From sequence record OP902294.1: a stretch of 64,000 bases of DNA. One strand, written 5' to 3'. This DNA comes from Staphylococcus phage BSwM-KMM1. This document shows positions 30,788-42,765 of this stretch, in pieces. Position 1 is the stretch's first letter. The number at the start of each line of letters is the position of its first letter. The translations under genes and the position numbers were made by a program. The notes under the pieces were generated by a model. The model did not search any database. It was not told the DNA's origin and saw nothing but the letters and a program-made list of their open reading frames with translations.

Positions 30788-32608
30788 ATGAATCAGGTAG
30801 AGAGGGATGCAATAGAAAGTAAATTACAGTCATCTTTAAAGACAGCAACAAGTGAGTACCTAGATAAATTCGGGGATTGGTTTGGTGTCTATAGAAAGAC
30901 AGATGAGAATGATGATGACTATAGAGCAAGGATTATAAAATATTTACTCTTGAAAAGAGGAACTAATAATGCTATAATTGAGGCTATAAAAGATTATTTA
31001 GGTAAAGATGACATTGATGTTAGTGTATATGAACCCTTTACAAATATCTTTTATACTAATAAATCACATTTAAATGGTGAAGACTACTTAATGGGGTACT
31101 ACTATAGATTTGCTGTTATTAACGTTTCTATAGGTGATTACTTCCCTGTAGAGATTATAGATGTAATTAATGAGTTCAAACCTGCAGGTGTAACATTGTA
31201 TGTTACTTATGATGGGGCTTCTACTATTAGAGGTGGGTCAATCATTAAATGGTTGGATGGACTACCTAAAATAGAAACATACCAAGAATACGAAAGATTT
31301 ATAGGATATGATGATACTTTTTATGGTCACATTAATATGAATGAGAGTAAAGATAGTGATAATAGCTCCTCAGACATATTTAAAACGAACCATAGCTTAA
31401 TAAATAGTTCAGATGTTCTAGCAGGCTCTTCTAGTATAGGTAGGCAGTATGTTAACTATGGTTATACAACTTCTTATACCTACAATCCGGATATGACATC
31501 ATCAGTAAACCAAATAAGTGCTAGTACAAACGGAAGAGGTCAGGAAGTACCATATGACTACTATATGTACACTGGTGTACGAAATAACAACACCGTAGAA
31601 CTTGAGATGCAGACATCATCAGGTGTATCTTACTTGTATAATAACTTTAATTTTAGGGACTATATGAGTAAATATAGACCTCAAGTAGATATACAATCAG
31701 ATGAGTCAAGAAAGATAGTATCAGATTATATTAAAGAATTAAGTATTGATTACTATCTTAGTGCCGTAATACCTCCCGATGAAAGTATAGAAATTAAATT
31801 ACAAGTTTATGATTTCTCTATTGATAGATGGCTTACAGTATCAATTAATAATCTATCTTTCTATGAGGAAAATATAGGCAGTAATATTGGTTATGTAAAA
31901 GATTACTTAAACAATGAACTAAATATGTTTACTAGACTAGAAATTAATGCAGGTAGAAGAGATTCCGTAGATATTAAAGTTAACTATTTAGATTTAATGT
32001 TTTATTACTATGAAAGAAATGTTTATACAATAAAACCGTATAAGGCAATAGTAGAAAATTATTTAGATATAACTAGAGAGGCTTATGTAGAAGCATTTAA
32101 AATAGCTTCCTTGAATAACGGAGATATTATATCTAAATCAGGGTTCCAACCTATCGGGTATTTAAGAGTATCGGGAGATATTGATAACTTCAGTAATCAT
32201 ATAGAAATTATTACCACAGACAATAATACGGATAGTATCTCAAGCATTATTTTAAAAGACGACCTTAATAGTTTTATATTATCATATGGTAACGTAAAAA
32301 CTAATATACACAATTTTGTATTAAATAGTGACACTTTAATTTCGAATATTAAATTTGAATATTCTTATTATGGTGATTCCTGGGAAGAACTGACAAAATT
32401 AACTGAAATCCCTGAGGGTGAAACTATAATACCTAATATATTAATAGATTTATATGGATTACAAACAGTAGATTATTCTAATATAAACCCAATGTCAAAT
32501 ATATCGTTACGTTCTATTTGGGATGTTAAATTAGGGAACTTAATAATAAAGAAGGCTCTTTATCAAATATGTCTAACAACTATTTTAATGCTGTATGGCA
32601 AGATATAG
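30788..32608 (+). CDS. Baseplate/tail structural protein (606 aa), possibly continuous with 32569-32901.
   Basis: Large ORF with a weak RBS and an uncertain start, since all three frames are closed in 30710-30740. Confidence 0.5.
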   Translation: MNQVERDAIESKLQSSLKTATSEYLDKFGDWFGVYRKTDENDDDYRARIIKYLLLKRGTNNAIIEAIKDYLGKDDIDVSVYEPFTNIFYTNKSHLNGEDYLMGYYYRFAVINVSIGDYFPVEIIDVINEFKPAGVTLYVTYDGASTIRGGSIIKWLDGLPKIETYQEYERFIGYDDTFYGHINMNESKDSDNSSSDIFKTNHSLINSSDVLAGSSSIGRQYVNYGYTTSYTYNPDMTSSVNQISASTNGRGQEVPYDYYMYTGVRNNNTVELEMQTSSGVSYLYNNFNFRDYMSKYRPQVDIQSDESRKIVSDYIKELSIDYYLSAVIPPDESIEIKLQVYDFSIDRWLTVSINNLSFYEENIGSNIGYVKDYLNNELNMFTRLEINAGRRDSVDIKVNYLDLMFYYYERNVYTIKPYKAIVENYLDITREAYVEAFKIASLNNGDIISKSGFQPIGYLRVSGDIDNFSNHIEIITTDNNTDSISSIILKDDLNSFILSYGNVKTNIHNFVLNSDTLISNIKFEYSYYGDSWEELTKLTEIPEGETIIPNILIDLYGLQTVDYSNINPMSNISLRSIWDVKLGNLIIKKALYQICLTTILMLYGKI

Positions 32609-32901
32609 ATAAGTTAACAGACATAAATTTTAGTTCTATGAAAATAGTTAAAGATACTGAGGGTGGAGTATTCGATGGTGCTACTGGGGAAGTTATTAGA
32701 GCTACAGTCTTAAATGCAGATACCTATACTGACTTAGATAAATTGTCTTATACTCTAAATAAATATATTGAACCATTGACTTTAGGTTCTAGTAGGTTAA
32801 TAAGTGAGCTGAAAGATGAGTTACTAACAACAGAGTCCCTCAATATAGATAACAGAATTAAAGTAGTAGATACCGATACAGAAATTACAATTAATGAATA
32901 A
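32569..32901 (+). CDS. Hypothetical 110-aa protein. It is either separate or the frameshifted C-terminus of the preceding gene.
   Basis: Its 40-nt overlap with the upstream ORF suggests a frameshift join, but an ATG with an AAGAAGG RBS is also present. Confidence 0.4.
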   Translation: MSNNYFNAVWQDIDKLTDINFSSMKIVKDTEGGVFDGATGEVIRATVLNADTYTDLDKLSYTLNKYIEPLTLGSSRLISELKDELLTTESLNIDNRIKVVDTDTEITINE

Positions 32902-32922
32902 ATAAATAAATAAATAAATAAG
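32899..32922 (+). repeat. (TAAA)6 tetranucleotide tandem repeat that places stop codons in all three frames.
   Basis: Direct reading. It sits immediately 3' of gene 32569-32901 and abuts the -35 of the next promoter. Confidence 0.85.
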
Positions 32923-32951
32923 TTGACAGAAAGTTAATAATATGGTATACT
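32923..32951 (+). promoter_or_regulatory. Sigma-A-type promoter: TTGACA, 17-nt spacer, TGgTATACT.
   Basis: Consensus -35, 17-bp spacer and extended -10. It is followed by the palindromic GGTATACC motif. Confidence 0.7.
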
Positions 32952-33009
32952 TAAAAAGTAATATTTAGTGGGTATACCATGTTATATTAATAAAGAAAAC
33001 AACAGATGA

Positions 33010-33545
<536 letters not shown>

Positions 33546-33565
33546 GGAAAGGAAGATAATTCTAA

Positions 33566-36500
33566 ATGGCAATTAATTTTAAAGGTTCACCTTATTTAGA
33601 TAGATTTGACCCATCTAAAGATAGAACAAAAGTATTATTTAATCCTGATAGACCTCTACAACAGGCAGAATTAAATGAAATGCAGTCTATAGACCAATAT
33701 TATTTAAAAAATCTAGGAGACGCTATCTTTAAAGATGGAGATAAACAATCAGGACTTGGATTTACATTATCTCAAGACAATGTAGTAACAATAAACCCTG
33801 GTTATGTATATATTAACGGTAAAATACGATATTATGATAATGATGACTCAGTTAAAATAACTGGAGTAGGTAAAGAAACAATAGGTATTAAGTTAACAGA
33901 ACGTATTATAACACCTGATGAGGATGCTAGTTTACTAGACCAAACTAGTGGAGTACCAAGTTACTTTTCTAAAGGTGCAGATAGACTAGAAGAAAAGATG
34001 ACATTAACAGTTAACGACCCTACCTCAGCAACTATATATACCTTTATGGATGGAGACTTATACATCCAATCAACTAACGCTGAAATGGAGAAAATCAATA
34101 AAGTGTTAGCTGAACGTACTTATGATGAGTCAGGTTCATATAAAGTAAGTGGCTTTGAGTTATTCTCAGAAGGCAATGCTGAATCTGATGACCATGTGTC
34201 TGTAGTTGTAGATGCAGGTAAAGCGTATGTAAAAGGTTTTAAAGTAGATAAACCAGTATCAACAAGAATTAGTGTGCCAAAATCTTATGACTTAGGTACA
34301 GCAGAAAATGAAAGTACAATATTTAATAAATCTAATGACTCTATTAGTTTAGCTAATAGCCCAGTAAAAGAAATAAAACGTGTTACAGGGCAAGTACTTG
34401 TTGAGAAAGAACGTGTTACGAGAGGTTCAACAGGGGATAGTCAAGACTACTTATCTAATAACACAGCATTTGAAATTGTAAAAGTTTGGACGGAAACAAG
34501 TCCAGGACAAACAACAAAAGAATATAAACAAGGGGAAGACTTTAGACTAACAGATGGTCAAACAATTGATTGGTCTCCTCAAGGACAAGAACCTAGTGGA
34601 GGTACTTCATACTATGTATCATATAAATACAATAAACGTATGGAAGTTGGAACGGACTATGAAGTAACAACTCAAGGTGAAGGTTTAGGTAAGAGATGGT
34701 ATATTAATTTTACCACTTCAAACGGAGTTAAACCTATTGACCAAACAGTAGTATTAGTAGATTATACCTACTATTTAGCTCGTAAAGATGCTGTATTTAT
34801 TAACCAATACGGTGACATTGCAGTATTACCAGGTGAACCGAATATTATGAGATTGGTTACTCCACCTCTTAATAATGACCCTGAGAACCTGCAGTTAGGT
34901 ACAGTTACAATATTACCCGATTCAGATGAAGCAGTTTGTATTTCATTTGCAGTCACTAGATTATCTATGGAAGACTTACAGAAAGTTAAAACAAGAGTAG
35001 ATAACTTAGAATACAATGAGGCAGTTAACGCTCTTGATGACGGGGCTATGGAAGGGCAAAACCCATTACACTTACGTTCAGTATTTAGTGAAGGTTTCAT
35101 TAGTCTTGATAAATCAGATATTACACATCCTGACTTTGGTGTTGTATTTAGTTTCGAAGATGCAGAAGCTACTCTAGCGTATACAGAAGCAGTAAATCAA
35201 CCTAAGATTATACCGGGAGATACAACAGCTCATGTTTGGGGTAGATTAATATCTGCACCATTTACAGAAGAGCGTACTATTTATCAAGGTCAAGCGTCAG
35301 AAGCATTAAACGTTAACCCTTATAATATCCCTAATAAACAAGGTGTATTGAAACTAACACCTAGTGAGGATAACTGGATTGATACAGAAAATGTAACAAT
35401 AACAGAACAAAAAACTAAGAAAGTAACAATGAAACGATTTTGGAGACATAACGAAAGTTACTTTGGTGAAACAGAGCAAATGCTCTATAATAACTTACAG
35501 TTAGATGCCGGACAAAAATGGGGTAACATGCAATCCAATGCAGGTGAAGCCTATCGTTATGATACAAAATATGGAAGAACAGGAACAATGCTTACTTCAG
35601 GAGGACAACGTACTTTAGAAGAAATGATTGAATTTATTAGAATTCGAGACGTATCCTTTGAAGTTAAAGGTTTAAACCCTAATGATAATAACTTATACCT
35701 ATTATTTGATGGTGTAAGATGTCCTATTACACCTGCAACTGGTTATAGAAAAGGTTCTGAAGATGGAACTATTATGACAGATGCTAAAGGTACAGCTAAG
35801 GGTACATTTACTATTCCTGCAGGTATCCGTTGCGGTAACCGAGAAGTTACACTTAAAAATGCTAACTCTACAAGTGCTACAACTTATACAGCCCAAGGAC
35901 GTAAAAAATCGTTCAAGATATTATTATTAGAACTCGTGTAACAGTAAACTTAGTAGACCCATTAGCACAGTCATTCCAGTATGATGAAAACAGAACTATC
36001 TCATCATTAGGTTTATATTTTGCTTCTAAAGGAGATAAACAATCTAACGTTGTTATCCAAATTAGAGGTATGGGTGACCAAGGTTACCCTAATAAAACAA
36101 TCTATGCAGAGACAGTAATGAATGCGGATGATATTAAGGTATCTAACAATGCTAGTGCTGAAACTAGAGTATACTTTGATGACCCTATGATGGCTGAAGG
36201 CGGTAAGGAATACGCTATTGTTATTATCACTGAGAACAGTGATTACACAATGTGGGTAGGTACTAGAACTAAGCCTAAGATTGATAAGCCTAATGAAGTA
36301 ATTTCCGGTAACCCATATCTACAAGGTGTACTATTCAGTTCATCAAACGCATCAACATGGACTCCTCATCAAAACTCAGACCTTAAATTTGGTATTTATA
36401 CTTCTAAATTTAATGAAACAGCTACAATTGAGTTTGAACCAATTAAAGATGTGTCTGCAGATAGAATAGTTCTTATGTCTACGTACTTAACACCTGAAAG

Positions 36501-37041
36501 AACAGGATGTACTTGGGAAATGAAAATAATTTTAGATGATATGGCATCATCTACAACATTTGACCAATTGAACTGGCAACCTGTTGGTAACTACCAAGAC
36601 TTAGATGTTTTAGGTTTAGCAAGACAAGTTAAATTAAGAGCAACATTTGAATCAAATAGATATATCTCACCATTAATGAGTTCTAGTGATTTAACATTCA
36701 CTACATTCTTAACAGAGCTTACAGGTTCTTATATAGGAAGAGCTATTGATATGACTGAAGCACCTTATAACACAATAAGATTTAGTTATGAAGCTTTCTT
36801 ACCTAGAGGTACTAAGGTAGTTCCTAAATACTCTACAGATGATGGTAAAACTTGGAATACATTTACTAAACCTGCTACAACTACTAAAGCTAACAATGAA
36901 TTTACACGATACACTATTGATGAAAAAGTAAAAGAATCAGGTACAAATACTAAATTACAAGTAAGATTAGATTTATCAACTGAAAATAGCTTTTTACGTC
37001 CTCGTGTTCGTAGACTTATGGTTACTACTAGGGATGAATAA
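33566..37041 (+). CDS. Large adsorption-associated tail/baseplate protein (~1158 aa), with a frameshift in an A6 run near 35905.
   Basis: ORFs 33566-35941 and 36070-37041 are collinear through ..IVQDIIIRTRVTVNLVDPLAQSFQYDENRT... The size matches the ~1152-aa tail protein of K-like phages. Confidence 0.65.
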
Positions 37042-37089
37042 ACTAGAGGGGTTGATTGACCCCTCTTTATTTAATAAGGAGAGATTTAT

Positions 37090-37248
37090 ATGCCTAGAGA
37101 AGTTAGAGACCCTTACTCTCAAGCTAAATTATTTATACCTACAGTTGAAGAGAAATCAATTAAGGAATTAGAAAAAACATACAAAGAAAAGATTAATGAA
37201 GTTGATAGACTTCTTAATGAATTAAAGAAAGAGAGAGGAGACAAATAG
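37090..37248 (+). CDS. Small coiled-coil ORF (52 aa, MPREVRDPYSQAKLFIPTVEEKSIKELEKTYKEKINEVDRLLNELKKERGDK).
   Basis: RBS TAAGGAGAG, then 7 nt, then ATG. The stop codon overlaps the start of the RBP gene. Confidence 0.4.
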   Translation: MPREVRDPYSQAKLFIPTVEEKSIKELEKTYKEKINEVDRLLNELKKERGDK

Positions 37249-39161
37249 ATGGCATTTGAATATACGCCTCTTACTGAATCACAAAAGTTAAAAGATATGT
37301 ACCCTAAGGTTAATGATATAGGTAACTTTTTAAAGACAAAGGTTAACCTAAGTAATATAACGACTATAAGTGGTGCTGACTTTAATAACATCTTATCATC
37401 TATCCCTGATAGCGGTAATTACTATGTTACTACTTCTAAAAACCAACCACCGGAAGAGAGTTGGAATGGGTTCGTTAGACTTGATAAACGAAGTGAAACT
37501 TATTACAAAATATACTATTCACCTTTTAACAGTAATAATATGTATGTTAAGACCTATGCTAATGGTACTGTATACAATTGGGTTAGGTTTAAATTAGATG
37601 AAGGTAGCTTATATGAAGAAGGTAATACACTTAATGTAAAAGAGCTTTCTGAATCTACAACACAATATGCAACTTTATTAAACCCACCGAAAGAAGACTT
37701 AAATACAGGTTGGGTTAGCTATAAAGAAAGTAAAAATAGTATTTCATCTTTAGTAGAATTTAACCCTGTTAACTCTACCTCAACTTTCAAGATGATAAGA
37801 AGACTACCAGTACAAGAACAAAATCCTAACTTACTGAGAGATAGCTTATTTGAGGAAACACAATACAATCTAAAATCATACGAAGATAGAGTAAGTAATT
37901 GGTATTGGGATACAATATATTCATCTGATACCTCAATTACAAACGATATAAGTTTCGAAGGGTATAAAACAGCTAAAGTAACTAATAATGGGACTGCAAA
38001 ATACCCTATTATGAGAAGTAGAGGACTGGAAATAGGTAAGGATGTGCAACCAGGAGAAGAATTAACATTCTCTACTTATTTGTATGTACCTAGTTTAGAA
38101 GCAATGAAAGAGAATGCATTTTACATTCAAATAGATAAATACACTGATGATTTGCTAGATGTTAATACTTCCATCCGAAGTTCTAATTATTATAAAGCAG
38201 ATTTAAAAGAAAAAGAATGGCAGAAAATAACAGTAACAGCTACAGTACCTCCTGTAACAGAAGCTAAATATATAGCATGTGCTATGCGTATTACTACTGT
38301 TAACTCAGGAATAGGGACAGATATGACAGGTTACTATGCTTTACCTAAATTAGAAAAAGGCAATAAAGCTACACCTTTCATAACACATAAGGATGATAAA
38401 GTACAATATGACGAAATTTGGTCTAATTGGATAGAGAATGTCGATGAACAATCAATCTTAAATAATTATACTTCAGATATAAATACAAATAACTACTTTA
38501 AGTATGCATGGTTTAAAGATGAAGTAGGGGACTTAACACTTAAAGACTTAATTATGACAGTACCACAGGGATTCCACACTTTTTATTGTCAAGGTAGTAT
38601 TGAAGGTACACCGAGAAACCGTTCTATAAGAGGTACGATACAAGTAGACTATGACAAAGGAGACCCAAATAGTACTAATAGATTTATTAATGTACAGTTT
38701 ACAGATAGTCAAGGTCTAAACTACACCCTCTATTATGGAGGTCACAATCAAGGATGGAAACCTATAAGACAGCAAAAAGTAGCTACACATTTATGGGAAG
38801 GTACATTCGATTACAATAGTAAAGAGACATTAACTCTATCAGACTCTATTTTAAACTATGATATTTTAGAAATAACTTACTTAACTCAATCAGCAGGTCA
38901 TTATAAAGTAGCAGAGTTAGATATGAGACCCCTAACAACTCCGTTCTTATATCTCAGAGATTTTAACCTATCTAATTCGGCTACAGGCTCAGGAGTAGAC
39001 TTTTTGAAGGGTACTTAACATTCCCTACTAATACTACTGCCAAAGCAGGAATGGTTAAAATGGTATCCCTAGATGGAACTACGAATACGACATCAGTACG
39101 TTCTTGGAACGCTGATAATGTAATAACAATATATAGAATAATAGGAATTAATACATTATAA
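37249..39161 (+). CDS. Receptor-binding / tail fibre protein (~637 aa), frameshifted in a T-run near 39010.
   Basis: ORF 37249-39018 continues in another frame as ..LTFPTNTTAKAGMVKMVSLDGTTNTTSVRSWNADNVITIYRIIGINTL*. The size matches the ~640-aa RBP of K-like phages. Confidence 0.6.
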
Positions 39162-39175
39162 GGAGACATAAAACA

Positions 39176-39537
39176 TGGTAGTAAAATACGATATAGGTGA
39201 AGATGAATTAGTTTTACACTTAAGATATGGTAAATATATAACAGGGTTTACTGTCTACGGAGGTTACTCAGAAGAAAACGGACAAGTTAAAGTAAAGAGA
39301 GATTTTACCTCCTTACTTTTTTGATGACTTTGCTGTCAGTAAGTACCTATACTACGAAAAACCGGAAGAAGTTATAGAAAATAAAGATTATACTCCCCTA
39401 ATTACGGTAGTGTAGAAGATGAGACAAGTAACCCTCCAGTTGAAGAAACAGTATCTAAAGAAGAATACGATAAGTTAAAAGAAGAAATGGATGAAATTAA
39501 AAAACTTCTAGAACAATTAATGAAACAAAAGGGGTAA
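39176..39537 (+). CDS. Small hypothetical protein (~120 aa) with two frameshifts.
   Basis: Collinear fragments MVVKYDIGEDELVLHLRYGKYITGFTVYGGYSEENGQVKVKRDFTSLLF.. / ..EETVSKEEYDKLKEEMDEIKKLLEQLMKQKG*. RBS AAGGAGACAT. Confidence 0.3.
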
Positions 39538-39543
39538 TAGCCA

Positions 39544-40920
39544 ATGGCATTAAATTTCACTACAATAACTGACAACAATGTTATTAAGGATTTGACAGTT
39601 CAAGTAAATAACATTGGGGAAGAATTAACAAAAGAAAGAAATATATTTGACATTACAGATGACTTAGTATATAATTTTAATAAGTCACAGAGAGTTAAGT
39701 TAACAGATGACAAAGGACTAGCTAAAGCCTATGGAAATATAACTACTCTTAAGGACATAAAAGAGCCAGGTTACTATTATATTAATGCAAGAGCCTTTGC
39801 AATGTTAACAGATAAACCTGATATAGAATCTATTGATGTAGTACTTCAGGTACTACCTTTAGAATCTTCTAACCGAGTAGTACAACACTTATATACTTTG
39901 TCTACTAATAATAGTCAAATTAAGACTATATATAGATATGTTTCAGGAAATTCAAGTTCAGAGTGGCAGTTTATTCAAGGACTACCAAGTAATAAAAATT
40001 CTGTTATATCAGGTTCTAACTTAGAAGATTTAACTTCCCCTGGAGTATACTTTGTAACAGGTATGACAGGCGGTATGCCTGATGGAGTTAGCTCAGGGTT
40101 CTTAGAATTAAATATAGATGCTAATGATAATAGATTAGCTAAGGTAACTGATATTGAAACAGGTAAACAATATACTAACATTAAAAAATCTGCCGGTGTT
40201 TATATAGGATGGGTAAAAGAGTTTGAACCTAAGGATATGGAAAAATACTTTATAAGTAGTATAAGAGAAGATGGTAATGCTTCTTTTCCTCTGCTAGTAT
40301 ACGCTAGTGATAACGTCACTTTCCAACAAGCTGTTTTAAATCATGTAGATAAAACAGGGCAAACAACGTTCACTTTCTATGTTCAGGGAGGCGTTGCAGG
40401 CTCTCCTATGACAAACAGTTGTAGAGGTATATTCATGTCAGATACCCCTGCCACTTCTAGTTTCCATGGTGTTTACAATGCAATAGGTACAGATGGTAGA
40501 AATGTTACAGGGTCTGTAAGTAGTGGAAACTGGACAACACCTAAAGCTTCTCCTTCCTATAAAGAATTATGGACTGGGGCACAATCATTTTCCTCTATTG
40601 GAACTTCCAAGAAGTTAGAAGACGATATAAGTAATTATTCATATGTAGAGGTTTATACTAAACATAAAACTGTAGAGAAAACTAAGGGAAATGATGATAC
40701 AGGAACTATTTGCCATAAGTTTTATTTAGATGGTAGTAAAACTTATGTTTGTTCAGGAACTTTTGTTTCAGGAGAAAAAACAGACAAAACAGTACCTGTT
40801 ACAGAATTTTATAGAGTAGGTATTAATTTTTCAGGAACAACTTGGAAAGTAGTAGATAGTGCAGTACAAAATAATAAAACTCAATACGTCACAAGAATTA
40901 TAGGTATTAATATGCCATAG
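39544..40920 (+). CDS. Second receptor-binding / tail fibre protein (458 aa).
   Basis: Intact ORF. Its size and position match the 458-aa RBP/tail-fibre gene that ends the structural module of K-like phages. Confidence 0.6.
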   Translation: MALNFTTITDNNVIKDLTVQVNNIGEELTKERNIFDITDDLVYNFNKSQRVKLTDDKGLAKAYGNITTLKDIKEPGYYYINARAFAMLTDKPDIESIDVVLQVLPLESSNRVVQHLYTLSTNNSQIKTIYRYVSGNSSSEWQFIQGLPSNKNSVISGSNLEDLTSPGVYFVTGMTGGMPDGVSSGFLELNIDANDNRLAKVTDIETGKQYTNIKKSAGVYIGWVKEFEPKDMEKYFISSIREDGNASFPLLVYASDNVTFQQAVLNHVDKTGQTTFTFYVQGGVAGSPMTNSCRGIFMSDTPATSSFHGVYNAIGTDGRNVTGSVSSGNWTTPKASPSYKELWTGAQSFSSIGTSKKLEDDISNYSYVEVYTKHKTVEKTKGNDDTGTICHKFYLDGSKTYVCSGTFVSGEKTDKTVPVTEFYRVGINFSGTTWKVVDSAVQNNKTQYVTRIIGINMP

Positions 40921-40946
40921 ACTAGGATAAACTCCTAGTCTTTTTT
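40921..40946 (+). terminator. Rho-independent terminator at the end of the structural module.
   Basis: ACTAGGA-taaac-TCCTAGT stem followed by CTTTTTTC. Confidence 0.7.
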
Positions 40947-40947
40947 C

Positions 40948-40976
40948 TTGACTTAATAAGCATTCTGTGCTATACT
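40948..40976 (+). promoter_or_regulatory. Sigma-A-type promoter: TTGACT, 17-nt spacer, TGcTATACT.
   Basis: Near-consensus elements ~30 nt upstream of the helicase gene RBS. Confidence 0.65.
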
Positions 40977-41007
40977 ATAACTCGTGTAAGGATATAAGGA
41001 GATTAAA

Positions 41008-42754
41008 ATGAAATTACGAATTAAGAACTTATATACCTATGTAGAATTTGAGGAGGATGATAAATACTTAAAAGATATATTTTTAAAGAGAGTCCATACT
41101 ACAATCGGGGCAAGACAGGAAGGGTTTCAATACAGCCCTGCATACAAGAGAGGTAGTTGGGATGGTTACGTAGACTTTTATGTTTATGAGGAAGATAAAT
41201 TCCCTACTGGACTTTTATTTAAGATTGAGTTATTATTAGGAGAGTTACAATCAAGATATAACTTCCAGTTTGAAACGATTGATGAACGTGATGAAAGTTT
41301 CTTATCAGAAGAGGATATTGATGATGAAATAACTTTACTAGATAATAATATCGGTCAGATAACTTTAAGAGACTATCAGTATGAGGCAGTATATAATAGT
41401 TTAACATTCTATAATGGTATTGCTCATTTAGCAACCAACGGAGGTAAAACAGAGGTTGCTAGTGGTATTATAGACCAATTACTTCCTCAGCTAGAGAGAG
41501 GAGAAAGAGTAGCTTTCTTCACAGGCTCTACAGAAATTTTTCATCAGTCTGCAGATAGGTTAAAAGAAAGATTAAATATCCCTATCGGTAAAGTAGGAGC
41601 AGGTAAGTTTGATGTTAAACAAGTTACAGTTGTAATGATACCTACATTAAACGCTAACCTTAAAGACCCAACACAAGGGGTTAAAGTTACACCTAAGCAG
41701 AATATTAGTAAAAAGATTGCACAAGAAATACTCCCTAAATTTGAAGGAGGTACTAACCAAAAGAAATTACTTAAAGTACTACTAGAAAATACAACACCAA
41801 AAACAAAGGTAGAGCAAAATGTATTAAATGTTTTAGAGTTAATTTATCAAAACAGTAAAACAGATGCAGAGGTCTTACTAAATCTAAAGAAACACAATGC
41901 TCACTTTCAAAAAGTTGTTAGAGAAAAGAATGAAAAGAAATATGATAAGTATCAAGATATGAGAGATTTTTAGACTCAGTGACTGTTATGATAGTTGATG
42001 AAGCTCATCACTCTAAATCAGACTCATGGTACAATAACCTAATGACTTGTGAGAAAGCACTTTATAGGATTGCACTAACAGGTTCTATAGATAAGAAAGA
42101 TGAATTACTGTGGATGAGACTACAAGCCTTGTTTGGTAATGTTATAGCTAGAACTACTAATAAGTTCTTAATTGATGAAGGACATTCAGCTAGACCTACA
42201 ATAAATATTATACCTGTAGCTAATCCTAATGATATAGACAGAATTGATGATTATAGGGAAGCTTACGACAAAGGTATAACAAATAATGATTTTAGGAATA
42301 AACTTATTGCAAAACTAACAGAAAAGTGGTATAATCAAGATAAAGGTACATTAATCATTGTAAACTTCATAGAGCACGGAGATACACTATCTGAGATGTT
42401 AAATGACTTAGACGTAGAACACTACTTCTTACATGGAGAAATAGACTCTGAAACTAGGAGAGAAAAATTAAATGATATGAGAAGTGGTAAACTAAAAGTA
42501 ATGATAGCTACATCTCTTATTGATGAGGGTGTAGATATATCCGGAATTAACGCATTAATATTAGGAGCCGGAGGTAAGTCACTAAGACAAACCTTACAGC
42601 GTATTGGTCGTGCATTACGTAAGAAAAAGATGATAATACCACACAAATATTTGATTTTAATGATATGACTAACAGATTTTTATACACGCATTCTAACGAA
42701 CGTAGAAAAATCTATGAAGAAGAGGATTTTGAAATAAAAGACTTAGGAAAATAG
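41008..42754 (+). CDS. SF2 (DEAD/DEAH-box) DNA helicase (~582 aa), frameshifted near 41975 and in an A5 run near 42640.
   Basis: Walker A-like LATNGGKTEV, motif II MIVDEAHHSK and a helicase C-domain (..IATSLIDEGVDISGINALILGAGGKS..QRIGRALR). The C-terminus continues as ..DDNTTQIFDFNDMTNRFLYTHSNERRKIYEEEDFEIKDLGK*. Confidence 0.75.
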
Positions 42755-42765
42755 GAGGGTAAGAG

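Noticed and set aside
32941-32978. Inverted repeat ATGGTATAC ... GTATACCAT as an operator.
   Set aside because: GTATAC is self-palindromic, so both 'arms' are independently palindromic and the left arm is simply the extended -10 (TGGTATACT). It is not convincing as a dedicated operator.
33566-37041. Treating 33566-35941 and 36070-37041 as two separate genes.
   Set aside because: The reading frame is continuous across an A6 run at ~35905 (..IVQDIIIRTRVTVNLVDPLAQSF..), and the combined ~1158 aa matches the single large adsorption protein of related phages.
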